Source: Clostridia bacterium (GTDB taxonomy: Bacteria; Bacillota; Clostridia; TANB77; CAG-465). Taken from it: a stretch of 64,000 bases of DNA. Each line of letters begins with the position of its first letter. Positions within the stretch are counted from its first letter, which is position 1. A program made the translations under genes and the position numbers. Shown piece after piece: positions 44,269 to 54,078 of this stretch. The stretch is from NCBI GenBank assembly GCA_900772475.1, contig CAAHEI010000074.1:83008-147007 (forward strand). The letters run 5' to 3'. The notes beneath the pieces were generated by a model that had not been told where the DNA came from, ran no database searches, and was given only the letters and a program-made list of their open reading frames with translations.

Positions 44269-44427
44269 TAAAAACCAACCACCTTTATATTTAACAACTA
44301 AATTCGACATATTTTGTATACATAAAATCAAATAAATTGCCTTAATCCTCTTTATTTTTTAACAAAAGTATGATATCATATATATGTAATTTTGTAAAGT
44401 ACAAAATATAGAAAAAAGGTGATTTAA

Positions 44428-44955
44428 TTGTCAAACAAATTAGAATTATTTGATAACAAAATTGTAATTTTATACATACTTGATAACTCTAGTATGCCAC
44501 TTACAACAGATCAAATTGCTAAATTTTGTGAAGAATTTGAAGATATAACGTATTTTGATATTTGTATCTATCTTGAGGATCTTAAATCAAATGGATATAT
44601 AAAAGAAATACATGAAGAAAATAATGTGTTATACTCTCCTACTAAAGAGGGAGTTATTACACTAAGAGAACTTCTTGAATTAATACCTGGAGTTAACTTA
44701 TATAACTTAAAAAAAATGGTAAACAAAAATATGGTAGAAGTTAAAACAGAATATGCAATTGATACCAATATTATCCCTATTAAAGATGGTGAGTTTAAAG
44801 TATCTTGTTATATTAGGGATGGAAATGATGAACTTATAAACATAACAATGTATGCTGGTGATAAAGAGCAAGCTAAAAACATCTCTAAAAATTGGGCAAA
44901 CAATTCTGAAAAAATATACACTACATTACTTGAGATGATGACTAAAGAGGAATAA
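44428..44955 (+). CDS. DUF4364-family protein (putative winged-helix regulator common in Clostridia)
   Basis: TTG start with SD AAAAGGTGA. N-terminus LFDNKIVILYILDNSSMPLTTDQIAKF is typical of the family. Terminator at 44986-45012. Confidence 0.65.
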   Translation: MSNKLELFDNKIVILYILDNSSMPLTTDQIAKFCEEFEDITYFDICIYLEDLKSNGYIKEIHEENNVLYSPTKEGVITLRELLELIPGVNLYNLKKMVNKNMVEVKTEYAIDTNIIPIKDGEFKVSCYIRDGNDELINITMYAGDKEQAKNISKNWANNSEKIYTTLLEMMTKEE

Positions 44956-45109
44956 ATTAAAATTATTTAAATATATATTTAGATAAAAAGTGCCAATTTT
45001 GGTACTTTTTTCTTGTTATTGTAAAAAATAAATTAGCTAAAGTCTAAAAAACTTGAAATTATGCTACATATGTAATATAATTAGATAGAAATGGTTAGGA
45101 GTGAACTAT

Positions 45110-46402
45110 ATGATAGATATAAAATTTTTAAGAGAAAATCCAGATATTGTAAAAGAAAATATAAAAAAGAAATTTCAAGATAAAAAACTACCTCTAGTTG
45201 ATGAAGTTATTTCTTTAGATAAAGAACATAGAGAAATAATGAAAAAAGGTGATGAACTTAGAAATAAAAGAAAAATATTAAGTGCCAAAATTGGTAGTCT
45301 AATGAAATCAGGAAATAAAGATGAAGCTATGAAAATAAAAGAAGAAGTATCTTCTGTAAATATTGAGCTTGAAAATAATGAAAAATTAGATAAAGATATG
45401 CAAAATAAAATTAAAGAAATTATGTATAAAATTCCAAATATTATGCATGAGTCTGTACCTATAGGTGAAGATGATTCTAAAAATGTTGAAGTAAAAAGAT
45501 ATGGTGAGCCTGTGGTACCAGATTATGAAATTCCTTATCATGCTGAAATTATGGAAGCTTTGGATGGTCTTGATCTTGACTCAGCAAGAAGAGTTGCTGG
45601 AAATGGTTTTTATTACTTAATGGGTGATATAGCAAGACTACATTCTGCTGTTTTATCTTATGCTAGAGATTTCATGATTGATAAAGGATTTACTTATTGT
45701 ATTCCTCCATACATGATACGTAGTGATGTTGTAGACGGTGTTATGAGTTTTGAAGAAATGGATGCAATGATGTATAAAATTGAGGGTGAGGATTTGTATT
45801 TAATTGGTACAAGTGAGCACTCTATGATTGGTAAATTTAAAGGACAAACTCTAAAAAAGGAAAACCTTCCATACACTATGACATCATATTCCCCATGTTT
45901 TAGAAAAGAGAAAGGTGCACATGGTATTGAAGAACGTGGTGTATACAGAATTCATCAATTTGAAAAGCAAGAAATGATTGTTGTATGTGAACCTGAAGAT
46001 AGTTACAAATGGTATGACAAAATGTGGTCATATACTGTTGAATTATTTAGAAGTATGGATATTCCTGTTCGTACACTTGAATGTTGCAGTGGTGACTTAG
46101 CAGACCTTAAAGCAAAAAGTGTTGATGTTGAGGCATGGAGCCCAAGACAAAAGAAATATTTTGAAGTAGGTAGTTGTTCAAATCTTACAGATGCTCAAAG
46201 TAGACGTCTTGGTATTAGAATAAAAGGTGAAGAGAAAAACTACTATGCACATACACTTAATAATACTGTTGTTGCCCCACCTCGTATGTTAATTGCTTTA
46301 GTTGAAAATAACTATAATGAAGATGGTTCTGTTACAATTCCTGAAGTTTTAAGAAAGTATATGGGTGGTAAAGAAAAAATTGAAATAAAGAGGAAAAAAT
46401 AA
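45110..46402 (+). CDS. serS: Seryl-tRNA synthetase
   Basis: MIDIKFLRENP start, coiled-coil arm, and class II motifs (FRKEKGAHG, YRIHQFEKQE, GSCSN). The start was moved to ATG 45110 (SD GGAG). Confidence 0.95.
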   Translation: MIDIKFLRENPDIVKENIKKKFQDKKLPLVDEVISLDKEHREIMKKGDELRNKRKILSAKIGSLMKSGNKDEAMKIKEEVSSVNIELENNEKLDKDMQNKIKEIMYKIPNIMHESVPIGEDDSKNVEVKRYGEPVVPDYEIPYHAEIMEALDGLDLDSARRVAGNGFYYLMGDIARLHSAVLSYARDFMIDKGFTYCIPPYMIRSDVVDGVMSFEEMDAMMYKIEGEDLYLIGTSEHSMIGKFKGQTLKKENLPYTMTSYSPCFRKEKGAHGIEERGVYRIHQFEKQEMIVVCEPEDSYKWYDKMWSYTVELFRSMDIPVRTLECCSGDLADLKAKSVDVEAWSPRQKKYFEVGSCSNLTDAQSRRLGIRIKGEEKNYYAHTLNNTVVAPPRMLIALVENNYNEDGSVTIPEVLRKYMGGKEKIEIKRKK

Positions 46403-46977
46403 TGTTAAAAAATATGAAATTTAAAACATCTGCTTTTAATATAGCACAACTTTTAGAAACAGAAAAAAAACAAATTGTTCTTGTTGGCAAATCAAACGTT
46501 GGCAAATCATCATTTATAAATAGTTTAGCAAATCAAAAACATTTAGCAAAGGTTGGAAATACTCCTGGAAAAACAAAATCTATTAATTATTATGATGTAA
46601 ATAATGAATTTTATATAGTAGATTTACCTGGATATGGATATTCAAACATGACTAAGGTAGAAAAGTTAAATACATCAAAATTAATTAACCACTATATTGA
46701 AAAAAATGAAAATATTTCACACATACTATTTCTTGTAGACATTCGCCATAAACCTACTGAAAATGATAGAATAATGTATGATTGGTTAACAAGCAAGAAT
46801 ATCCCCTTTACTATAATTGCTACAAAAGCAGATAAAATTGGTACAACAAAACAAAAAGAAAATATGCAAGTTATAACTAAAGTATTATTTGCTAAAGAAA
46901 ATATTATTCCTTTTTCAAGTTCAAATAAACTAAACCTAGATATTATTGAAAATATAATACTAGAAAACATACATTAG
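46402..46977 (+). CDS. engB: Ribosome-biogenesis GTPase YihA/YsxC (EngB)
   Basis: GKSNVGKSSFINSL (G1), DLPGYGY (G3) and TKADK (G4). The start codon overlaps the serS stop. Confidence 0.9.
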   Translation: MLKNMKFKTSAFNIAQLLETEKKQIVLVGKSNVGKSSFINSLANQKHLAKVGNTPGKTKSINYYDVNNEFYIVDLPGYGYSNMTKVEKLNTSKLINHYIEKNENISHILFLVDIRHKPTENDRIMYDWLTSKNIPFTIIATKADKIGTTKQKENMQVITKVLFAKENIIPFSSSNKLNLDIIENIILENIH

Positions 46978-47004
46978 TTCCGGATTAATTTCCGGAACTT
47001 TTTC
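46977..47004 (+). terminator. Intrinsic terminator after engB
   Basis: Stem GTTCCGGA/TCCGGAAC followed by T5. Confidence 0.75.
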
Positions 47005-47031
47005 TATCCCTTTTTTTATGTAATTTCAGCC

Positions 47032-47060
47032 TTTACTTTTCTGCATATTTATGTTATAAT
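47032..47060 (+). promoter_or_regulatory. Promoter candidate for 47115..48092 (a duplicated copy lies at 48367-48395)
   Basis: TTTACT, 17-nt spacer, TATAAT. The identical arrangement is conserved in the duplicated intergenic copy. Confidence 0.45.
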
Positions 47061-47114
47061 TTTCTTGCATAAGAAATCCAAATAAAACAAATTAAATTTA
47101 AGGAGTTGTTTTTC

Positions 47115-48092
47115 ATGAAAGTAGAAAAAATTTTAGATGGATTTGTTGAATATTCAGATTTTCTCGATAATGTCTTAATTGGTAAAACTAAAGATGGATA
47201 TTTAACTTTTATACAAAAAGACGATTACACAATAATAAACAAAGAAATATTAGATAAAAAAATAGTTAAAATTAGAAGTTTAACGGACTCAGATTTTGTG
47301 GAATGTAAAGATGTTAATGGATACCTTATATTGGTGAATAAAACATCAAATTTTATAATATCTGATAGACATTTAATTGATTTAAAAATTGTTAATATCT
47401 CTTCACAACTAGGGAAACATTTCATGACTGCCAAAAGTGAAAATGGTAATATTTACTTAATAGATTCACATTATGGACGAATTTTCGATATGCTACCTAT
47501 TGCTAAAAGTATTAAGGATGCTTCAATTAACAAATATGTAGCTGAAGACCCAGACTACATTATATTGGAAACAAAAGAATCAATAAAATTATTAATAAAA
47601 TTTGAATTTATTGAGTGTTTTGATTATAAAAAAATAGTAAGCAATGTAATTTTAGATGATCGTTTTAAAAAAATTAATAGGGGCTACTATATTTATACAA
47701 ATGATGAAACTGAATTAAAAACATTAGTAGACGAAACTAAAAATTACAGATCTGTAAATGAATGGCACAATGATTGGATTTATTTTGAAAATGACTATGT
47801 TTTTATTATCAAAGATAAAATTTCTTCATCTGAATACAAATATAAATTATTCAATATTGAATCATGTACTCAGTTTGACATGGATTTTTATTCAATTATT
47901 TATCCAATTTCACCAAAATTATTACTCATAGGTAATGATATAAACAAATTAAACCTTTTTGAAATTGTAAATAATGAAAAGATAGAACATGTCTTTGATA
48001 AAAATACCTACTTAAATAAACAGGACATTTATTTCAATAAAGATGGAAAAATTTTTGTAAATGCAAATAATTCCATGTATAGACTTTCTTAA
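47115..48092 (+). CDS. Hypothetical protein, paralog A (325 aa) of 48449..49201
   Basis: SD AAGGAG is present. The C-terminal region is alignable to paralog B (YSIIYPISPKLLLIGNDINKLNLFEIVNNEKIEHVFD versus YSIIDPIVQTPFILVGNNENELRLYRIKGDKEIEAIFD). Terminator at 48097-48121. Confidence 0.6.
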   Translation: MKVEKILDGFVEYSDFLDNVLIGKTKDGYLTFIQKDDYTIINKEILDKKIVKIRSLTDSDFVECKDVNGYLILVNKTSNFIISDRHLIDLKIVNISSQLGKHFMTAKSENGNIYLIDSHYGRIFDMLPIAKSIKDASINKYVAEDPDYIILETKESIKLLIKFEFIECFDYKKIVSNVILDDRFKKINRGYYIYTNDETELKTLVDETKNYRSVNEWHNDWIYFENDYVFIIKDKISSSEYKYKLFNIESCTQFDMDFYSIIYPISPKLLLIGNDINKLNLFEIVNNEKIEHVFDKNTYLNKQDIYFNKDGKIFVNANNSMYRLS

Positions 48093-48172
48093 TTAATAGG
48101 TGGACAAATTTTGTCCACCTATCTTCTATTTTATATCCTTATTTAATATATAATGAAGAAAGAATAATTTTA

Positions 48173-48309
48173 AATATGAAATTTAAAACGTCTGTTTTCA
48201 AAACAACAATTGCTACAAAAGCAGATAAAATTGGTACAACAAAACAACAAGTTCAAATAACCTAAACCTAGATATTATTGAAAATGTAATACTTGAAAAC
48301 ATACATTAG
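48173..48309 (+). pseudogene. engB: Relic of a duplicated engB copy (three collapsed fragments of engB)
   Basis: AATATGAAATTTAAAAC matches engB codons 4 onward (46412...). ATTGCTACAAAAGCAGATAAAATTGGTACAACAAAACAA matches 46815 onward. The last roughly 60 nt, including the TAG, match 46918-46977. Large internal deletions are present. Confidence 0.8.
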
Positions 48310-48448
48310 TTCCGGATTAATTTCTGAAACTTTTTCTATCCCATCTTCATTTATGTAATTTCAACCTTTACTTTTCTGCATATTTATGTTATAATTTTCT
48401 TGCATAAGAAATCCAAACAAAACAAATTAAATTTAAGGAGTTGTTAAC
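48310..48448 (+). repeat. Duplicate of the engB-downstream intergenic region 46978-47114 (decayed terminator, promoter, SD)
   Basis: Near-identical by eye, apart from a mutated terminator stem (TCCGGAAC to TCTGAAAC) and a few substitutions. Confidence 0.85.
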
Positions 48449-49201
48449 ATGAAAGCTCAAAAATTTTCAGAAGAAATTGTAAGAGTATTACATTTACCTG
48501 AATCTGACCAACTATTAGGAATGAACCGTAATGGTTTAGTAACCCTCTTAAACATAGAGGATGGTAGTATTCTCTACCCACATTTATTTGGAAATATATT
48601 CAGAGAATTTAATAACCATTTTTTCTATTTTGAAAATAAATATGGTCTTCCTTTTCTTGTTGAAGCATCAACTGGCAAAATAGTTACATTAGATAACTTT
48701 TCAGATCTTGTTGAAGAAAACTGTGATCTTAATATTGAAGAAAAAGCAGAAATTAGAAACTTTTACAGAAAGCACTGGGATTCACTTAATAATGAGTATT
48801 ATATATATGATGCTAACTATATTTCTCTTTCTAAGTCTCTTGTAAAAAAAGATACTTTGGAACCTAAACTTAAAGAATTTTCTAATATAAAATACGATTT
48901 TTCTGATAATAAGGATATTGCCATAATAGTATACAATGACACTCAAAAACTATATAATATTAATTCGAATTGTTTTTTTGAAATAGCTGAATATTCTATC
49001 ATTGACCCTATTGTACAAACTCCATTTATTTTAGTTGGAAACAATGAAAATGAATTGAGGTTATATCGCATTAAAGGCGATAAAGAAATTGAAGCTATTT
49101 TTGATGATGCAAATTTATATGTAAGTAAAAAAGACATCATTAAATTAAAAAACGGTAGACTTTTAATCAATGTAAAAAAGGAGGAAGTGTACATAGTATG
49201 A
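48449..49201 (+). CDS. Hypothetical protein, paralog B (250 aa) of 47115..48092
   Basis: Same duplicated upstream region and SD. Alignable to the C-terminal part of paralog A. Terminator at 49204-49243. Confidence 0.6.
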   Translation: MKAQKFSEEIVRVLHLPESDQLLGMNRNGLVTLLNIEDGSILYPHLFGNIFREFNNHFFYFENKYGLPFLVEASTGKIVTLDNFSDLVEENCDLNIEEKAEIRNFYRKHWDSLNNEYYIYDANYISLSKSLVKKDTLEPKLKEFSNIKYDFSDNKDIAIIVYNDTQKLYNINSNCFFEIAEYSIIDPIVQTPFILVGNNENELRLYRIKGDKEIEAIFDDANLYVSKKDIIKLKNGRLLINVKKEEVYIV

Positions 49202-49328
49202 TAATAATGGCTGAACAAAATTTGTTCAGCCATTATTATTTTGTTACTTTTGCTCAATATGATATATTAGCAGAATAATTTTACCTTAATTTAATATAAT
49301 TAAATATATAAAAAAAGGTGGTAATTAT

Positions 49329-50207
49329 ATGTTATTTGAAGGTTCAGGTGTAGCTCTAGTTACACCATTTAATGAAGATTTAAGTATTAATTATGATAAA
49401 CTTAAAGAGTTAATACATTTTCATTTAGAAAATAATACTGATGCAATTATATTATGTGGAACAACAGGTGAGTCAGCTACTCTATCTATTGATGAGTTTA
49501 AAGAAATTGTAAGTTTTACTGTAAAAGAAGTAAATAAAAAAATTCCTGTTATTGTAGGGAGTGGTTCAAATAATACTAGTGTTGCTGTAAAGAAGTCCGT
49601 AATTGCCCAGGAACTTGGTGCTGATGGCCTTCTAGTTGTGACTCCATATTATAACAAATGCACAGATGATGGTCTGTATTTACATTATAAAGAGATAAAT
49701 GACAATGTAAATATTCCTATAATTCTATACAACGTACCATCTCGTACATGCGTTAATATAAATATGGATGTTCTAATTAAATTATCAAAACTGAAAAATA
49801 TTTGTGCACTAAAAGAGGCATGTCCTGATTTATCAAGAGTATCTAAAGAATTATTACAACTTCCTAATGATTTTTACATATATTCTGGAAACGATGATTT
49901 GACTTTACCAATTATAAGTCTTGGAGGAAAGGGTGTTATTTCTGTAATTGCCAATATATATCCTAATAAAATGCATAACTTATGTAAATTTTGTTTTAAT
50001 AATAATTTTAAAGAAGCAAGAAAAATTCATTTTAATAATTTAAATCTCATGAATTTATTATTTTGTGAGGTAAATCCCGTTCCGATTAAAAGTGCTATGA
50101 ACATTATGGGATATAATGTTGGAAAGTGTAGACTTCCTCTTGGAGATATAAATGTAGATAATTATAGAAAATTAAATAAAATATTAAAAAAAGATCCGAA
50201 AAAATAA
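49329..50207 (+). CDS. dapA: 4-hydroxy-tetrahydrodipicolinate synthase
   Basis: GSGVALVTPF, GTTGES, YNVPSRT and the active-site Lys context (ALKEA). A terminator overlaps the stop (50195-50224). Confidence 0.93.
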   Translation: MLFEGSGVALVTPFNEDLSINYDKLKELIHFHLENNTDAIILCGTTGESATLSIDEFKEIVSFTVKEVNKKIPVIVGSGSNNTSVAVKKSVIAQELGADGLLVVTPYYNKCTDDGLYLHYKEINDNVNIPIILYNVPSRTCVNINMDVLIKLSKLKNICALKEACPDLSRVSKELLQLPNDFYIYSGNDDLTLPIISLGGKGVISVIANIYPNKMHNLCKFCFNNNFKEARKIHFNNLNLMNLLFCEVNPVPIKSAMNIMGYNVGKCRLPLGDINVDNYRKLNKILKKDPKK

Positions 50208-50228
50208 TTTTTCGGAGTTTTTTTGTTG

Positions 50229-50609
50229 TTATAATACATTTCCAATTTTTACTTGCTGTTTTTTTACAATATAATTTAAAATTCTGTCTAGTTCATTTGC
50301 ATTAACTATAACCTCTTCCTTATCTTCTTCATCAATATATGATTTTATTTGAGTTATATGTTCCTCAACCTTATCTACCTCACTACTATCTACAAACATA
50401 TGCCAAACTGTTTTAACACTATTCCATGTCTTTTCAACATTTTCTATTCCCTCTTTAGCCATGTCGAAATTTTCATTTATAGCAGAATTTTTTACATATT
50501 CTATATCAGATAATGTATATCTAGCTGTTTTTTCTAAATAACATATTTGCCACATTCCAGTTAAAAGAAGTAAAATTACACATACAATTAAAATTATCCA
50601 TTGTTTCAT
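50229..50609 (-). CDS. DUF4363-family protein
   Basis: N-terminal TM and size fit the family, and it is paired with the upstream DUF421 gene by a 4-nt overlap, as is common in Firmicutes. Confidence 0.65.
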   Translation of the reverse strand: MKQWIILIVCVILLLLTGMWQICYLEKTARYTLSDIEYVKNSAINENFDMAKEGIENVEKTWNSVKTVWHMFVDSSEVDKVEEHITQIKSYIDEEDKEEVIVNANELDRILNYIVKKQQVKIGNVL

Positions 50610-51250
50610 TTTTTCTTCACCTCATTTTTTAGCTGATATATAAAATTAGAATCTTCATCCATTGTAGCTACAAGTACATCCTCAATTTTAATTTTATTTT
50701 TCTTTAATAGTTTATCAACATCTTTTTCTTGCATTTTAAGCATTTCTAAATTTTCCTTAGCATAATTTCCATCTTCTATAACATTTAAAGGAATTGCATT
50801 AAACTCATCAGAATTTTTAATAACACTCAAATTACCATTGTTTTCAATCATAGCAAATTTAACATCTTGTATTTTAAATACATCGTGTTCTCTTAATTGT
50901 GACATCAAATCTTCAATAGTATATTTATTCTTATTCAAATTTTCTTCAATTATTTTTCCATCTCTAATAATTGGAACAATTTTTCCACATACAAAATCCT
51001 CTACTTTATTACTTGAATGAGCAAGAAGAGTAAAAATTAAATACGCAATAAGTAATGTTATAATAGGTACAATACCATCAAAAATGGAAACACCACGTGA
51101 AGACATTGGAGATGAGGCAAGATCTGATATTAGAATTATGATTGCAAGTTCAAAAGGTTGAACCTTAGATAACTCTTTTTTCCCCATAAGTCTAATTACT
51201 ATAAATACTACAGCATACAAAATTAAAGCCCTTAAAAATACAATTAACAT
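50606..51250 (-). CDS. DUF421 (YetF-like) membrane protein
   Basis: IRLMGKKELSKVQPFELAIIILISDLAS is the hallmark N-terminal region of the family. Confidence 0.75.
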   Translation of the reverse strand: MLIVFLRALILYAVVFIVIRLMGKKELSKVQPFELAIIILISDLASSPMSSRGVSIFDGIVPIITLLIAYLIFTLLAHSSNKVEDFVCGKIVPIIRDGKIIEENLNKNKYTIEDLMSQLREHDVFKIQDVKFAMIENNGNLSVIKNSDEFNAIPLNVIEDGNYAKENLEMLKMQEKDVDKLLKKNKIKIEDVLVATMDEDSNFIYQLKNEVKKK

Positions 51251-51329
51251 TTAAATCACCTAAAATTATTTTTTGCATAAAAGATATTTTTATACAAATA
51301 ATATTAATGTAATTTTGGGAGGTAAATAA

Positions 51330-51698
51330 ATGGAAGAAATACAAAATTATAAAAATAACTTTAATACGTTTAGGATGTCTCAAATGTTAATTAGGTTCTT
51401 AACATCAATATCTATATTTGCTGTTACTGTATTTTTTACTCCAAATTTTAATCTTTCTTCTTTTCCAATACTAATAATTAGTGGGATTGCAATAATAATT
51501 CTGGATTATTTAATGTCAATTATAACAGGAATACATGACGTTCCACTAGGACGTGGATTAGTAGGTTTTACAACAGCTGCTATTATAATATACATAACAC
51601 AATTTGTAGTTGATGGATATTATATTTCAATTACTAGTAGCCTGATTGCCGCTGCTATATATGGAGTAATTGATAGTATGCTTATAAATAGAAAATAA
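51330..51698 (+). CDS. Small multi-TM membrane protein (DUF2512/YndM-like or DUF360-like)
   Basis: SD GGGAGG is present, with 3-4 hydrophobic segments. The family assignment is uncertain. Confidence 0.5.
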   Translation: MEEIQNYKNNFNTFRMSQMLIRFLTSISIFAVTVFFTPNFNLSSFPILIISGIAIIILDYLMSIITGIHDVPLGRGLVGFTTAAIIIYITQFVVDGYYISITSSLIAAAIYGVIDSMLINRK

Positions 51699-51732
51699 CT
51701 GCCACAATATATTTGTAGCAGTTTTTATATAT

Positions 51733-54060
51733 TTAAATTATTACATGTCTATTTCTATATAAAGTATTTTCTCTAGACTTTGATTTTGATATAAGTTTCA
51801 TTATACAATCTAAGTTGTTACATACTATGTTATACCTTAAATTATGGCTATCCACAAGATAATATTTTTTCTTAAGGCATGGCATTGAACATTTATTATC
51901 CTGCTTTCTTTCTTCTATAAAAGCTCCTAATATACAATATCTTGATGTCATAAGCGTTTTATAATCACTAACAATTTCTATAGGTGCATATTTATCTAAA
52001 TTTTCTATGTATTCATCTTTTAGTTCTACTGATGGAGTTATTATATCAAAACCACATTCAATATAAAATATTGCACTATACCTATTAAATACATTAAGAG
52101 AATAATCAGCAATTAATTTTATATCATACTTTTCTTTTAATTTTAAAGCTAAGTCTATGTAGCCAACATTTCCTATAACAAGTCCATTTATATATTGAAC
52201 TTCATTTTTTAATTTACTAAATATATATTTGTCCGTATTATTTCCACCTATATTTGGAAGTACAAGATATATTTTTGAATTTTTATAAAACGAAGAAATA
52301 ATGCTTTCCTTATATTTTATAAAATCACTTATTTCTATATATACAGTATTTAATTTTTTTCCATATTTTTCAAAGTATAATTTAAAATAATCTATTTTTT
52401 TATCAAAATTATATATGTGTAAAATTTGTAAATTTTCATTATTTTGTTGTTCTCTATTATCTAATATTTTAGCATCATATTTAGAAATAATTTCATTTAA
52501 TAATTTCATATTTTTATCTACATTAATATCTTGTACAAATAATTCAGATATTCTTTGTACAAACGTTCTTCTTAATTCATTTAATATAGATATTGGCACA
52601 AAAATATCTTCATCCATTTCTATATCTAAGATATTAAATGCAAATGGTGTATCTTGAGTTTTATTGAAAGCCTCGATTATTTTTTCTTTGGTAGTTGGCT
52701 TTGATTTTGCTATATCAGGCATATAATCCAAACTTACAAAAATGTTTTTCATAAGATTTAAGGTCCTAACAGATAACTTATTTCCTTTTTTTATATCAAT
52801 GGATATATCAATATTCCTTTTTCTTATGCTTTTAGTATAATATTCCTTTAAATTTTTATTCATACCATAATCTGACGTTTTAAATACCTTATCCCCTATT
52901 TTTACCTTCTTTTTTACATCTCCAAGCCATACATAATTTCCTTTTTTTATGGTTTCATTTACTATATTTTTTCTTTCATCTTTAATACATGTTATAACAT
53001 TTGAAAAAATTACGTCGTTTTCATCTAAAATTTCTATTCCATCATGTAAGGATATATCTTCTTCTAATTTTATTTTTACAAATTCTTTTTTTTGTAAAAT
53101 AATCTTACCAAGGTAAATTCCCGTATTTTTTGGAATATTTTCAGTTATACTATTTTTATAACAAACTCCACCTAAATATCCATCTGATATTCCATCTCTA
53201 TTAAAAATTTGCATAAGATTTTTCTTATCGATTTGACTTACTGTAATCTCATTATTTTTATTTATTATGTCATTTAAATATTTTCTATAAATTTTAGTAA
53301 CCCCAGCAACGTATTCAGGTGTTTTATTCCTTCCCTCTAGTTTTAATGAATGAATTCCTATATTATATAGCCTTTGTATATATGAAAGTCCGAAAATATC
53401 TTTTTTACTAAGTATATATTTATTTGAAACCAATTCTTTATTTTGATTATATAACGAATATTTCATTCTACATGGTTGAGCACAATTTCCTCTATTTGCA
53501 CTTCTATTTCCTATATAACTGCTAAGCAAACATTGACCTGAATAGCAAACACATAATGCACCATGTACAAACACTTCTATTTCTAACGATGTATTTTTGC
53601 ATATATATTCTATTTCCGATAAAGTAAGTTCACGAGCAAGAACAACCCTTTTAAATCCTATTTTTTCTAAGAATTTTACTTGCTCTAAATTATATATACT
53701 CATTTGTGTACTTGCATGAAGTGCAAGTTTTGGAAGTAATTCATGTATCAACTTTGCAAGACCAATATCTTGTAAAATTACAGCATCTAGCCCTGCGGAG
53801 TAAAGCTTTATTAATAGTTCTAATGCATCTTTTATTTCTTCATCATAAACCAAAGTATTTAAAGTTAAATATACTTTTACACCTATCATATGTGCATATT
53901 TTATACTTTCTATATACTCATCTACATTAAAATTTTTAGCCATAGTCCTTGCATTAAATCTATCAAGCCCCATATATATGGCATCTGCTCCTGCATTAAT
54001 AGCTGACATAAAACTATCTTTATTTCCTGCTGGAGACAGTAATTCAATATTATTTTTCAT
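51733..54060 (-). CDS. U32-family peptidase-like protein, long form (RlhA/TrhP-type RNA-hydroxylation family; DUF3656-type C-terminal extension)
   Basis: ELLSPAGN...AGADAIY N-terminus, and the Cys-rich motif HGALCVCYSGQCLLSSYIGNRSANRGNCAQPCR typical of U32. Confidence 0.85.
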   Translation of the reverse strand: MKNNIELLSPAGNKDSFMSAINAGADAIYMGLDRFNARTMAKNFNVDEYIESIKYAHMIGVKVYLTLNTLVYDEEIKDALELLIKLYSAGLDAVILQDIGLAKLIHELLPKLALHASTQMSIYNLEQVKFLEKIGFKRVVLARELTLSEIEYICKNTSLEIEVFVHGALCVCYSGQCLLSSYIGNRSANRGNCAQPCRMKYSLYNQNKELVSNKYILSKKDIFGLSYIQRLYNIGIHSLKLEGRNKTPEYVAGVTKIYRKYLNDIINKNNEITVSQIDKKNLMQIFNRDGISDGYLGGVCYKNSITENIPKNTGIYLGKIILQKKEFVKIKLEEDISLHDGIEILDENDVIFSNVITCIKDERKNIVNETIKKGNYVWLGDVKKKVKIGDKVFKTSDYGMNKNLKEYYTKSIRKRNIDISIDIKKGNKLSVRTLNLMKNIFVSLDYMPDIAKSKPTTKEKIIEAFNKTQDTPFAFNILDIEMDEDIFVPISILNELRRTFVQRISELFVQDINVDKNMKLLNEIISKYDAKILDNREQQNNENLQILHIYNFDKKIDYFKLYFEKYGKKLNTVYIEISDFIKYKESIISSFYKNSKIYLVLPNIGGNNTDKYIFSKLKNEVQYINGLVIGNVGYIDLALKLKEKYDIKLIADYSLNVFNRYSAIFYIECGFDIITPSVELKDEYIENLDKYAPIEIVSDYKTLMTSRYCILGAFIEERKQDNKCSMPCLKKKYYLVDSHNLRYNIVCNNLDCIMKLISKSKSRENTLYRNRHVII

Positions 54061-54078
54061 TAGAATTCACTCATTTCA

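Noticed and set aside
44956-45109. T-box leader expected upstream of serS.
   Set aside because: The intergenic region is only about 150 nt, and most of it is the terminator of the upstream gene. I saw no specifier or T-box motifs.
49202-49328. Lysine (L-box) riboswitch upstream of dapA.
   Set aside because: The spacer is only 127 nt and includes the upstream terminator. There are no conserved L-box helices or AGAGGCGC-type motifs.
51330-51698. The small membrane protein could be a phage holin indicating a prophage remnant.
   Set aside because: No neighbouring lysin or phage genes are present. The sequence fits generic DUF2512/DUF360-type membrane proteins equally well.
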